The position numbers and the translations under genes were made by a program. Shown piece after piece: positions 1-9,046 of a stretch of 64,000 nt of DNA (position 1 is the stretch's first letter; every line of letters starts with the position of its first letter). The notes under the pieces were generated by a model, which was not told the DNA's origin, searched no databases, and saw only the letters and a program-made list of their open reading frames with translations. Source of the DNA: Pirellulales bacterium (GTDB lineage: Bacteria; Planctomycetota; Planctomycetia; Pirellulales; JAEUIK01); assembly GCA_019745975.1 (NCBI GenBank), contig JAIESQ010000002.1:26595-90594 (forward strand). Direction: 5' to 3'.

Positions 1-614
1 GCGAAGCGCTCTGCCGACAAGCCGACGGCGCCTTGATCGGGTGCCACATCTGGTTTGCTCACCGATCGCGCGCGGCGTGCATCAACAATCCACATCACGA
101 TCCACGCCACAGCCGCGCCCACGCCCGGCACAATCCACCACGCGCGCTCAGCCAATTGCCCAGCGAGCCCGACTCCCAGTGTCCAGAGCGACAGCAGATT
201 CAGTCCCGCGGTCGCGGCGAAGAACACGCGCTCGGCCCGTGTCAGCGACGGCGTCAACTGGAGCGCGCGCAGCAGCAAGTCGCCGGCCGCCGCGGCCACC
301 AAGAGCATCGCCGCCACCAGCCCGACGATCGGCACCCGATCGACCATGCTCCACGCGCCCGCGCCGCCGGTCCAGGCTGCCCACAGGTCCTCAGGCCGCA
401 GCGCCAAGAGCGCCAGTTCCCAGCGCCGCCACACCTCGCCCGTCACCGCTTCGACACTCGGCAGCCGCGTCGCCAGAAACAACCCGACGTACACCGCGCC
501 TCCGGCCAGCCACGCCCCGAGCGGCCAATCGTGGCTCCCCTCGGGCGTCACGGCGCGTGCTTCGCGCGGCGATTTCGCACCCGATTGGCGGACGTCTTTA
601 CCCCGTTTGGGCAT
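1..614 (-). CDS. membrane protein, N-terminal part (gene continues past the left edge)
   Basis: Reverse-strand ATG at 614..612 opens a stop-free frame to position 1 ([18 protein letters not shown]...[19 protein letters not shown]...). It has several hydrophobic helices. It is absent from the ORF track because it has no stop in the window. Plus-strand ORFs 33..1349 and 41..646 look like shadow ORFs. Confidence 0.5.
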   Translation of the reverse strand, partial: MPKRGKDVRQSGAKSPREARAVTPEGSHDWPLGAWLAGGAVYVGLFLATRLPSVEAVTGEVWRRWELALLALRPEDLWAAWTGGAGAWSMVDRVPIVGLVAAMLLVAAAAGDLLLRALQLTPSLTRAERVFFAATAGLNLLSLWTLGVGLAGQLAERAWWIVPGVGAAVAWIVMWIVDARRARSVSKPDVAPDQGAVGLSAERF

Positions 615-786
615 ACTGCCTCAAACCTTCCGCCGAGCTATGCTAGTGAAGCGTCCGCCACTGAAATCAAGCAACCCAATCCGGCAGGCCGAGCCGCCAG
701 GTCAAGCCGCGACCGACAGTCGATCGCCGCTCGACGCCCCCGCCGTCGATTGTACGCTCCCGTCCGCTTCCGCCAGAAAGCCCACC

Positions 787-1857
787 ATGCCCGCCGCTCC
801 CCGCCTCGCCGGCATCTTCACCCCCAACCTGGTGCCGCTCGACGCGCGCGGCCGCATCCACGAAGCCGAGCTGCGCCGCTACACCGATTGGCTCATCGAC
901 CGCGGCGTGCACGGGCTGTACCCCAACGGCTCGACCGGCGAATTCCTCCGCTTCAACGCCAAGGAGCGCCGCGAGATCATCGCCATCATGGCCGACCAGA
1001 CGCGCGGCCGCGTCCCCATTCTGGCCGGCGCCGCCGAGGCCAACGCCAGCGAGACGATCGCCGCCTGCGATTATTACCATTCGCTTGGCGTGCGGGCCGT
1101 GGCGATCGTGTCCCCCTACTACTACAAGCTCAGCCCGCCGGCGGTCTACGCCTACTTCAAGGAGATCGCCGATCACTCGCCGGTCGATATCACGCTCTAC
1201 AACATTCCGATGTTCGCCTCGCCGATCGATGTGCCGACCGTGCGCCGCCTGGCCGAAGAGTGCCCGCGCGTGGTGGCGATCAAAGACAGCTCGGGCGACC
1301 TGCCGCACATGATCCGCATGATTCAGGCGGTGCGCCCCCACCGTCCTGAGTTCAGCTTCCTCACCGGCTGGGACGCGGCATTGATGCCGATGCTCCTCGT
1401 CGGCTGCGACGGGGGAACCAACGCCACCAGCGGCATCGTGCCCGAGCTGACGCGCAAGCTCTACGACCTAACCGTCGCGCGCCGGATCGACGACGCGCTT
1501 GCCCTGCAATACAAGCTCGTCACGCTCTTCGACACGATGATCTACTCGTGCGACTTCCCCGAGGGCTTTCGCGCGGCGCTGCGGCTGCGCGGTTTCGAGA
1601 CTGGCGTCGGCCGCCAACCCCTGGCCGCCGAGCAGCACGTCGACCTGGAAGGTATCAGCCGCACCTTGCAATGCCTGCTGGCCGAAGAGGGCTTCGCCGA
1701 CCAGCCGATCGGCGGTTGTCCACCTCGCGAGCCCTCGGACGCGGCGCTTTATTCACGCGATGCCCGCAGCGGCAATTCGCCGGCCGCCGCGACGGCCAAC
1801 ATCGAGCGGATCGTCGAAACGGTCGTGGCCGAACTGGCCCGCCGAGGGCTGAGTTAG
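787..1857 (+). CDS. DHDPS / N-acetylneuraminate lyase family class I aldolase
   Basis: ATG 787 lies inside ORF 55..1857. Motifs NGSTGEF, YNIP and [10 protein letters not shown] are present. The motif is GSTGE rather than the GTTGE I associate with true DapA, so no substrate is assigned. The upstream 244 codons are Ala/Arg/Pro-rich and overlap the reverse-strand membrane gene. Confidence 0.85.
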   Translation: MPAAPRLAGIFTPNLVPLDARGRIHEAELRRYTDWLIDRGVHGLYPNGSTGEFLRFNAKERREIIAIMADQTRGRVPILAGAAEANASETIAACDYYHSLGVRAVAIVSPYYYKLSPPAVYAYFKEIADHSPVDITLYNIPMFASPIDVPTVRRLAEECPRVVAIKDSSGDLPHMIRMIQAVRPHRPEFSFLTGWDAALMPMLLVGCDGGTNATSGIVPELTRKLYDLTVARRIDDALALQYKLVTLFDTMIYSCDFPEGFRAALRLRGFETGVGRQPLAAEQHVDLEGISRTLQCLLAEEGFADQPIGGCPPREPSDAALYSRDARSGNSPAAATANIERIVETVVAELARRGLS

Positions 1858-1878
1858 CAGTAGGCCAGGCCACCCCGC

Positions 1879-1905
1879 GGACTGGTACATTTTTCGGCGT
1901 GCGAC
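1879..1905. repeat. half copy of the GGGGAC-terminated palindromic element
   Basis: GGACTGGTACATTTTTCGGCGTGCGAC matches the left arm plus the GCGTGCGAC extension of the copies at 4089 and 31706. No right arm is seen. Confidence 0.6.
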
Positions 1906-2089
1906 CGAGCTCCGGGTGCCAGATTCTGCCCGTGCTCTTTTGCTCCGCGATTGGCGTGCGGCCGGCCTTTCTCCCGCCCGCCCCAAAAAATCCGCAAAAT
2001 TCCGCGCGCGCGCGCCGAACGGTTGTCGCTTGATTCACCCGTGCCCTCGGGCGAATCGCCAACCTGCCACCCCACTTTGGAGCTGCTAC

Positions 2090-2974
2090 ATGTTTTCCCA
2101 AACTGCCTCGTTGTCGCCGTCTGTCGAATACTCGCGGGCAGGTTCTATCTCCCGGCGTCTCGTGCTCGCCGCCCTGATCGTTGCCTCCGGGGCCAGCGTC
2201 TCCCGAGCAGTGCCGTACGACTTTCTGAGTGTCTCGGGCAACAACGTCGCCGGCAACGGCGCATCGACCACCTTCACCAGCAACAACAAAAACGGCGTCA
2301 TCACCGTGAGCCACGTCTTTTCGTCGCCGCTGGCCGTCGGGTATGCCGACAACAACAACGCGCTCATCTATCCGTCGGAGTTCTCGATCCTGTTCCCGGG
2401 CACCGGCAAGGTGCAGGGGCATCTAGCGATGACGGTCTATGGCGACCCGAACAGCCCCATCCCCGGCGGCAACATTTATACCTCGCAAGTGATCTTCGAC
2501 CTGACCGGCTACAAGGCCAACTTAGGGAACCTGAAATTCGGCATTTGGAACACGACCGACGAAGTGCCGCTCCCCGCCTACAACGTGAAGATGCTCGACG
2601 TCAACAGCAAACTCGTCTCCGGCGGGTTGAGCGTCTTCGGTAATCAGGACAATCAATGGCAAGTCGCCGGCAAGCACTCGATGCAATACAACACGATCAA
2701 CGGCGACATCACCGCCCCGACGCTGATCAACGCCTTCGGCACGCACACCGACGCGATCTTTCTCGACGGCATTCCCCCCGGCACCCAGCAGATCATCGTC
2801 ACCGGCAATCTGCCGCCGCTAAACAACATCGGCGACGGTGTCGGCTACTACTTTGCCGAGCCGGTCCCCGAGCCCTCGACCATCGCCATGTCGACCATCG
2901 GCGCCGCGGGCCTGGCCTGGGCTGCCCTTCGCCGCCGCCGGCGGCGGGGGCAGTCGACTTTGGGTCGCGTGTAG
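2090..2974 (+). CDS. PEP-CTERM sorting-domain secreted protein
   Basis: ATG 2090 is preceded by GGAG. N-terminal signal-like segment RRLVLAALIVASGASV. C-terminus is VPEPSTIAMSTIGAAGLAWAALRRRRRR (PEP motif, TM helix, Arg cluster). Confidence 0.85.
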   Translation: MFSQTASLSPSVEYSRAGSISRRLVLAALIVASGASVSRAVPYDFLSVSGNNVAGNGASTTFTSNNKNGVITVSHVFSSPLAVGYADNNNALIYPSEFSILFPGTGKVQGHLAMTVYGDPNSPIPGGNIYTSQVIFDLTGYKANLGNLKFGIWNTTDEVPLPAYNVKMLDVNSKLVSGGLSVFGNQDNQWQVAGKHSMQYNTINGDITAPTLINAFGTHTDAIFLDGIPPGTQQIIVTGNLPPLNNIGDGVGYYFAEPVPEPSTIAMSTIGAAGLAWAALRRRRRRGQSTLGRV

Positions 2975-3126
2975 CCCACGAGCCAGCGACTCACGATCTC
3001 GGCAATACAGATTTTTTTGGACTTTTCGCTGCAACGCTTTCAGTCGCTTGTTACAATCCCGCCGGGGCGCGTGTCTGCCCAAGTCGCTTTTCTACGGCCG
3101 TTCGCTGCCGTAATGGGGGATCGCTA

Positions 3127-4023
3127 ATGAGCTCGTATCAACGTTTTTCGCTTGTCTTGATCGGAGCCCTCCTGTTCTCGTTCTGTTTCGCCCCCCTGGC
3201 AGTCGCGCAAATCACGGGCGTCGTCAGCTCCGATGTCGAAGGGTTCTTTGGCTCGCAGAACGACACGTTTCAACAGTCCGAGCCACCGATCGGCCCCACC
3301 TGGCCAGCCAATGTCAATGGGCCCTATCCCATTACAGGCCCCACGGTCCCGGCTTTGTACGCGGGCTATCCGAATCCCAGTCTCACGTACACTTCCAACA
3401 TTCCGTATGACCTGGGTCACATCGGCCCCGGCTTTGCCGACACCCAGTTGACGACCGCCAACTACAGTCTCCTTGGTAACTACTCGGGCGGAGCCAATAC
3501 CGGCGATGCCTTCGCGGTGATCAGCGGCCCGCCGATGTCGCTCGTGCAACCCGCGACGGCCACTGGCTTCGCGTACCAGAAGGTGGAGTTCGCCATGACC
3601 TATAGCGTCGGTCCCTCGGGAATTCTCGCGGGGGCCGCGCCGGCCTATCCACTTCTTGTGACTGGCAATGTGCTGCCGGGGGGCTACGCGCAGTTTGGCG
3701 CGCAAGTCGACTACTGGTGGATTCCCGTCATTCCGGGCACGATTATTCCCTCCGGCCCCTCGGTGAACTTGGGGACGTTGCAGTACAGCTTTTTGCAACC
3801 CGGCGGCGGATCATTTAACACCGTCGTCAACCACTCGCCAACGGTGCTCGCGGGCGCCACGGGCGTCGGCTTCCTGCAGATCACCGGTGAGATGTTCGTC
3901 GCCGGCGACCCCTTTGAGATCTATGTGACCTCCGTCCCCGAGCCCTCGACGTTCGCGTTGGCAGGCATTGCGGCGGTTGCTTTGCTCGCCACTGGTCGTC
4001 GGCATCGCCGCCGCAAGCTGTAG
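3127..4023 (+). CDS. PEP-CTERM sorting-domain secreted protein
   Basis: ATG 3127. Signal peptide FSLVLIGALLFSFCFAPLAVAQ. C-terminus is VPEPSTFALAGIAAVALLATGRRHRRRKL. Confidence 0.85.
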   Translation: MSSYQRFSLVLIGALLFSFCFAPLAVAQITGVVSSDVEGFFGSQNDTFQQSEPPIGPTWPANVNGPYPITGPTVPALYAGYPNPSLTYTSNIPYDLGHIGPGFADTQLTTANYSLLGNYSGGANTGDAFAVISGPPMSLVQPATATGFAYQKVEFAMTYSVGPSGILAGAAPAYPLLVTGNVLPGGYAQFGAQVDYWWIPVIPGTIIPSGPSVNLGTLQYSFLQPGGGSFNTVVNHSPTVLAGATGVGFLQITGEMFVAGDPFEIYVTSVPEPSTFALAGIAAVALLATGRRHRRRKL

Positions 4024-4088
4024 CCGGGACGCCGCTCGTTGCAGTTCTAAGCTCGCTGCAGAACTAAGTGCCGCGGCGACGTCGCGCC

Positions 4089-4164
4089 GGGGACTGGTAC
4101 ATTTTTCGGCGTGCGACGTCGCGCCAGCCAACCCGCGCCGGTCGAAAACATGTACCTGTCCCCC
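4089..4164. repeat. GGGGAC-terminated palindromic element, full copy
   Basis: Left arm GGGGACTGGTACATTTTTCGGC (4089..4110), right arm GTCGAAAACATGTACCTGTCCCCC (4141..4164), about 30-nt spacer. It lies between convergent gene ends. Confidence 0.85.
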
Positions 4165-4181
4165 TCCGTGGCTTGCGCGGC

Positions 4182-5285
4182 TTACTCCGCGATTCTCAGC
4201 CGCGCGAGATAGATGGCCGTGATCGGCTTGCCGTCCGAGTCTTTCTCGTGACTCGAATAGTACGACACCAGCGCGCGACCGCTCTTGCTCGCGGCCCCGT
4301 TGTGTCCCGCCTCCGCGAGCTCGACAAAGCCGGGATACGAACAGTCGCCGCCGCTGGGCAGCTCGGCGATCTCTTGCAGCTTGTCCCCTACCAACCAGTA
4401 GAGCGCCAAGCGCGCTTCGCCGATCGACTTGCGGCCGCCCACCAGCAAGTGCCCGCCCCAACGAGTCAGCAGCGGCCCGCCAATCTGCCGGCCCAGATCG
4501 ATTCGTTCCCACTCGTCGTACGGCGGGCGTGACCGACACAACTCTGCGTTGGTGCGACCGCCGCCGCGAGCCACGGCCAAGACCGCGCCGTCGGGCTCGA
4601 ACAAAAACGCCGTCTCGTCGCCGCGCGTCTGTTGGAAGAGCGCTCGCTGGCGCCATACCAGCCCGTCGTCGCTTTCGAGCATGGCCGATTCGACGGTCTG
4701 CGGCTCAGGCTCGTCCGATTCGGCGAACTGGTGCTTCCGCCGGCCGCACAAATAGGCCCGGTCGCCGTGGGCCGCCGCCCGCCAGATGTAATGTCCGTAG
4801 GTTCCTTCGAGCATCGTAGGGCCGTGCCAGGCCTGGCCGTCGGCGGTCCAGCAGGCGTAGCCCAGGTGCTGGTTGAGGTCGCGAGTTTTTGGGCTCGACT
4901 CTCCGCAGTACCAGGTGCCGGTATAGACGAAACGCTTGTTCTGAAAGATCAAAAAATGGGGATCGCGAACGTCGCGTTTCGGCACGCTGAAGCGGTGAAC
5001 TTGTTGCCACTTTCGTCCGTCGTCGCTGGCGAGCACCAGGATCGACGACGTGGGATGAACCATGTGCCCATCGGGACAACTGCGGAAGGTGAGATAGTAC
5101 TTGTCGCCGAACCGGCACAGATCGGTGAAGGCGTTGTGCTCGCCATTGTGAAAGGCGCGCTCGATGGATTCGACGGTTACGGCCGCCGGCGCGGGGGTGC
5201 TTGATGGCGGCTCGGCGGCCAACATCGTGGATTCGCCTGCATGCACGATGCATGCGATCCCGATGCCAATGCGAAACCATTTCAT
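4182..5285 (-). CDS. Asp-box (BNR) beta-propeller protein, sialidase-fold family, secreted
   Basis: Signal-like N-terminus. Two Asp-box motifs (ASDDGRKW, ESDDGLVW). Function is not established. Confidence 0.7.
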   Translation of the reverse strand: MKWFRIGIGIACIVHAGESTMLAAEPPSSTPAPAAVTVESIERAFHNGEHNAFTDLCRFGDKYYLTFRSCPDGHMVHPTSSILVLASDDGRKWQQVHRFSVPKRDVRDPHFLIFQNKRFVYTGTWYCGESSPKTRDLNQHLGYACWTADGQAWHGPTMLEGTYGHYIWRAAAHGDRAYLCGRRKHQFAESDEPEPQTVESAMLESDDGLVWRQRALFQQTRGDETAFLFEPDGAVLAVARGGGRTNAELCRSRPPYDEWERIDLGRQIGGPLLTRWGGHLLVGGRKSIGEARLALYWLVGDKLQEIAELPSGGDCSYPGFVELAEAGHNGAASKSGRALVSYYSSHEKDSDGKPITAIYLARLRIAE

Positions 5286-5289
5286 GGAG

Positions 5290-6561
5290 TCACCAAGGCT
5301 TATTGAAGGCCTTAACAGCAGCTCTTAGCCGGACTGCACCGGCATCTGATATCGGGCAATCATTGAGATTCAGCACTTGGAGAGCCCTGATTCTCAAGAA
5401 CGCGTCGATACACGTGTCATCGACGCCGGTTTTGTCGAGGCGCAGGTCACGAATTGAGTCGGAGAATTTGATTGAGGCTACTTCCACCGGTTCAAGATCG
5501 AGATAGCTCGCGTCCAATCTTTCGAGCGTCGGCAGCATAACGACGTGACTGAGACCCGCCGCTGTCACCTTCGTAACCGCGATGTGGATATATTCGAGCG
5601 AGTGCAATTGCCCAATACTAGCCGCGCCGGCATCGTTGGTTTCCGAACCCGTCAACGTCAATCCCCGTAGCGGGCAATCGCGCAGCCGATCGATATTCGC
5701 GCAGGTCACTGCAGTGTACGACAACCCCAGATAGTCCAGCTTTCGAGCGCTTGCCAGGGCAGCAATCACCCGGTCCGTCACGTTGTTGTCCGTCAGATCC
5801 AACGACTCCAATTGTGGGCAATGTTCGAGCAGTGTCGCGATGCTGTCATCGATATGGCAGGACGGCAATTCCAACTCACGCAAGCACGATCCGTCGAGTC
5901 CGCAAAGCGCGGCCCCGACAGCTATCTCGGAGACCAGCAGTTCTTCCAGGCCTTGCACTGCGGCGATGTGATTCAGGGAAGCAGATGTCAGAGGACAATT
6001 GTGAATGTAGAGCTTGCGCAACCTTCGGCAACTCTTTAGCCCAGCAAGCGATTCACCATTGATCGGCAGATTGCTCAGCTCCAGCGATTCCAGATCGTGC
6101 AACTCTCTCAGCACGACCAATAGTCGGTCATCGATTGGTGCGCCGACGAGCGTCACATCGGTCAGATACTTGAATTCGCCAATTCTTGGGAAATGCTCTG
6201 CAAAATCTTGACGAGCGCTCTCTTTCTTTTCACCTAGCCACGGCCCAGCATGGTACGTCCCGTCATCCGACGTAATCACATGCAGTCTTGCCTCGTAAGC
6301 GCGCTCAAACCAGGTCAATCGATCGGGCCCAACGTAGTCGAATACCCAGTCTGGCAGAATCGAGGAAATGTTGAACTCAAACCCCAGCTCGCTTTCCAGA
6401 ATTCGGCGCGCGGCCTGTTCCTTCTCACACGCTTGCCGCACGCTCGCCACGCCGAAGAACGCCAGCGACACCAGCGCAACCAGCACCAGCAGCCCGCGCA
6501 GCGAGATCCGCGGCCGCAACAGCCGGCGTCCCAATCGCTTGATTTGTGATGACTCTTGCAT
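5290..6561 (-). CDS. leucine-rich repeat protein with N-terminal membrane anchor
   Basis: N-terminus RISLRGLLVLVALVSLAFFGV. Repeated L..L.L...I.D..L units run through the C-terminal two thirds. The sequence is visibly AT-richer than its neighbours. Its stop lies 4 nt before the start of the next gene. Confidence 0.8.
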   Translation of the reverse strand: MQESSQIKRLGRRLLRPRISLRGLLVLVALVSLAFFGVASVRQACEKEQAARRILESELGFEFNISSILPDWVFDYVGPDRLTWFERAYEARLHVITSDDGTYHAGPWLGEKKESARQDFAEHFPRIGEFKYLTDVTLVGAPIDDRLLVVLRELHDLESLELSNLPINGESLAGLKSCRRLRKLYIHNCPLTSASLNHIAAVQGLEELLVSEIAVGAALCGLDGSCLRELELPSCHIDDSIATLLEHCPQLESLDLTDNNVTDRVIAALASARKLDYLGLSYTAVTCANIDRLRDCPLRGLTLTGSETNDAGAASIGQLHSLEYIHIAVTKVTAAGLSHVVMLPTLERLDASYLDLEPVEVASIKFSDSIRDLRLDKTGVDDTCIDAFLRIRALQVLNLNDCPISDAGAVRLRAAVKAFNKPW

Positions 6562-6675
6562 GGCAATCGCCGAGCAGTGAAAACGCTCGGCGCTATTTCG
6601 GCCGCGCAGCGGCTGAATGCCCGGCCGCTGCGCGGTTATGCCCGTTATCAGGTTGCACCATTGGCGAAAGCTTCC

Positions 6676-6858
6676 CTAACGCACTTCTCGAAGGATGCTC
6701 GGCGGAAGCAAACCCAGTTGCGAATGATAGGACTTCAGGGCCTTGTAGACGCGCGACAAGCCCGTGCGTGCCTGCTGCTGGCTGTCGTGCCGCGCACAGC
6801 CGACGCAGCCAAACGCTGCGATCAAGACGATCAGCATCGCGCGGACGTGTATCGACAT
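6676..6858 (-). pseudogene. truncated paralog (60 codons) of the 6967..7638 gene
   Basis: ATG 6858. MSIHVRAMLIVLIAAFGCVGCARHDSQQQA is nearly identical to the start of the upstream gene. The upstream about 100 nt are also duplicated. The ORF stops after the region homologous to KALVFYRSQMGAFPPTII. Confidence 0.55.
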
Positions 6859-6966
6859 GGCATCACGCTTTCGGCCATCGCACTGCGGGAGCCGGTGGCA
6901 GCCGAAATTTGGTTCCGACGACTTCAGCCAAATCCGCAACTCTGCGTTCCTCAGCACTCGCGGTCG

Positions 6967-7638
6967 TTAGGTCGCCTTGCGTCGCTTCTCGCGTGGCTTC
7001 ACTTCCACCGTGAACATCCGCCGCACTTGTTCGATTGGCGTACTATACGGCACCATCCGCACCGAGCTGTCGGCAAAGAGCGTGAGGACGCCCTCGGAAT
7101 GGGGGCCTAGCGACCGCTTTTCGAAGCGCTCGAGCAGCTCGTCGAGACTAAGGTCTCCTGGCTGGCTCCACGGAATCCCCTGCTCGCCGACGTCGACGAC
7201 GATGCCAATCTCGGACAAGGGCGCCGTCAATCGGTGAACCGGCGCGGGCCGCCCCTCGCGCATCAGGCAGTCGTCTCCCGTCACCGCCAGGTACCTGGTC
7301 TTATTAGTCTTCGCCTTGCGGTCGCAGTAATAGACCAAGGGCTGCCCGCCCAGCGACAGGTTCTCCGGCGCATTCCAGGCACCTCGGGAATTGAACCGCG
7401 GTGAGTCACTTTCGAAGTGGTAGATCAACAACCCTCGCCAGCTTTGCCGGGCCTCACCGTCCGAATCTCGAATTATCGTTGGTGGGAACGCACCCATCTG
7501 CGAGCGATAGAACACCAGCGCTTTGCCGATCGTGGAAAGCGTCATGTGCGCCTGCTGCTGGCTGTCGTGTCGCGCACAGCCGACGCAGCCAAACGCTGCG
7601 ATCAAGACAATGAGCATTGTGCGGACGTGTATCGACAT
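6967..7638 (-). CDS. H-X9-D(G/S) motif protein (DUF1559-like C-terminus) with lipoprotein-like signal
   Basis: N-terminus MSIHVRTMLIVLIAAFGCVGC. C-terminal HSEGVLTLFADSSVRMV fits the H-X9-DG pattern common in planctomycete DUF1559 proteins. No prepilin N-terminus is present. Confidence 0.65.
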   Translation of the reverse strand: MSIHVRTMLIVLIAAFGCVGCARHDSQQQAHMTLSTIGKALVFYRSQMGAFPPTIIRDSDGEARQSWRGLLIYHFESDSPRFNSRGAWNAPENLSLGGQPLVYYCDRKAKTNKTRYLAVTGDDCLMREGRPAPVHRLTAPLSEIGIVVDVGEQGIPWSQPGDLSLDELLERFEKRSLGPHSEGVLTLFADSSVRMVPYSTPIEQVRRMFTVEVKPREKRRKAT

Positions 7639-7751
7639 GGCATCACGCTATCGCACTGGCGAAGCCGGTGGCAGCCGAAATTCGGTTCCGACGACATCCG
7701 CCAAATACGCAACTCTGCGTTCCTCAGCGCTCTCCGCGGTAGAACTCCCCT

Positions 7752-8858
7752 TCACTCCCCCGCTTCGCAATCGTCGTCATCGTTCTCATCGGCGGTCGGC
7801 GAGCGGCGGCGCCCAGGCAAGTCTTCCGCGTACCACCGCGCCAGCACGTCGCGCCAACTGCCCGCCGCGCGCACCGCCACAAAGGCGTCGCGCACTGCGC
7901 GGTATTCCGGATGCAACCGCGAATACTTGATGCCGAACTTGCGCATCGTGCGGCAGGCCTGCTCCGCGCCGTAAATCTCCTCGGCCTGCCGATAGTGCTC
8001 GGCGATCACGTCGCGCTGTTCGTACAAGCTCGGCGGGGCCGGCAGCGGTTCACCCGCCAACAAGGCCCGCGCCTCGCGAAAGATCCACGGATTGCCGATC
8101 GCGCCGCGGGCCGCGGTCACGCCGTCGACCCCCGTTTCGCGCATCATGGCCACACACTGCTCGGCGGTGAACAGGTCGCCGCTCCCCAGCACGGTGCGCT
8201 CTCCGGCATGCTGTTTCACTTCGCGCAGAAATTCCCAGCGGCTCGGCCCGATGTAGCGCTGCGCGACCGTGCGGCCATGCACGGTGATGGCCGACACGCC
8301 GCGTGCGAAGGCTCCGTCGAAGATCGTGAAGAATCGCTCCCGGCTTTCCGCCGTGTCGTCGAGCCCGCGGCGCATCTTGACTGTGACCGGGATCGGCTCG
8401 GGGACCGCCTCGCGCACGCGGGCGACAATCTCCAGGGCCGTCTCCGGCTGGCTCAACAAGAATCCACCGCGGCAACGCCCCAGCACCTTGCGCACCGGGC
8501 AGCCGAAATTGATATCGATGACGTCGAAGCCTGCTTCGACCAGCCGGCGTGCGGCGGCGGCGAACTCGACCGGTTCGGCCCCCATCAACTGCCCGCCGAT
8601 TGGGTGATCGTCGTCCTCGAGGTCGAACCGTCGTGTGCCCCGTTTGCGGGCCGTCACCACCAGCACGTCGACGAGCACTTCGCACAGCGTGTAGTCGGCC
8701 CCCAGCCGGCGGGCCAGCACGCGCATTGCCCGATCGCTGTAGCCCGACAACGCGGCCTGCACGACGGGCAGGCCGATTTCGAGCGCGCCCAACCGCAACG
8801 GCCGACACGCCGGGGCGGTCGGTTCGGAAATCGCCATTGTGGAAGTCGCGGCGCTCAT
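7752..8858 (-). CDS. tRNA-dihydrouridine synthase
   Basis: VIDINFGCPVRKV, VTVKMRRG, VHGRT and GNPWIF motifs of the Dus family. Confidence 0.9.
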   Translation of the reverse strand: MSAATSTMAISEPTAPACRPLRLGALEIGLPVVQAALSGYSDRAMRVLARRLGADYTLCEVLVDVLVVTARKRGTRRFDLEDDDHPIGGQLMGAEPVEFAAAARRLVEAGFDVIDINFGCPVRKVLGRCRGGFLLSQPETALEIVARVREAVPEPIPVTVKMRRGLDDTAESRERFFTIFDGAFARGVSAITVHGRTVAQRYIGPSRWEFLREVKQHAGERTVLGSGDLFTAEQCVAMMRETGVDGVTAARGAIGNPWIFREARALLAGEPLPAPPSLYEQRDVIAEHYRQAEEIYGAEQACRTMRKFGIKYSRLHPEYRAVRDAFVAVRAAGSWRDVLARWYAEDLPGRRRSPTADENDDDDCEAGE

Positions 8859-8931
8859 CGCTTATGGTTCGATTCTACAACGCGGCGGGCGTGCGTTACG
8901 ATGGGGCCCGCGAATCGGATCGCATCGGCAT

Positions 8932-9004
8932 GGGGACGGGAGTCGTTTCTGGCCCTGCGCGACCCACTGGAATCGGTCGTCGATCAGAAACGACTCCCGT
9001 CCCC
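8932..9004. repeat. perfect 20-bp inverted repeat with GGGGAC...GTCCCC termini
   Basis: GGGGACGGGAGTCGTTTCTG (8932..8951) and CAGAAACGACTCCCGTCCCC (8985..9004). It lies in a divergent promoter region. Confidence 0.85.
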
Positions 9005-9046
9005 TTCGAGCAAGCCAACAAGCAGCAATCGGGAATCCAATAATCC

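Noticed and set aside
55-786. N-terminal 244-codon extension of the aldolase ORF
   Set aside because: It has no similarity to the family and a Pro/Ala/Arg/Ser-rich composition. It overlaps a more convincing reverse-strand membrane-protein frame. An internal ATG at 787 gives a canonical N-terminus.
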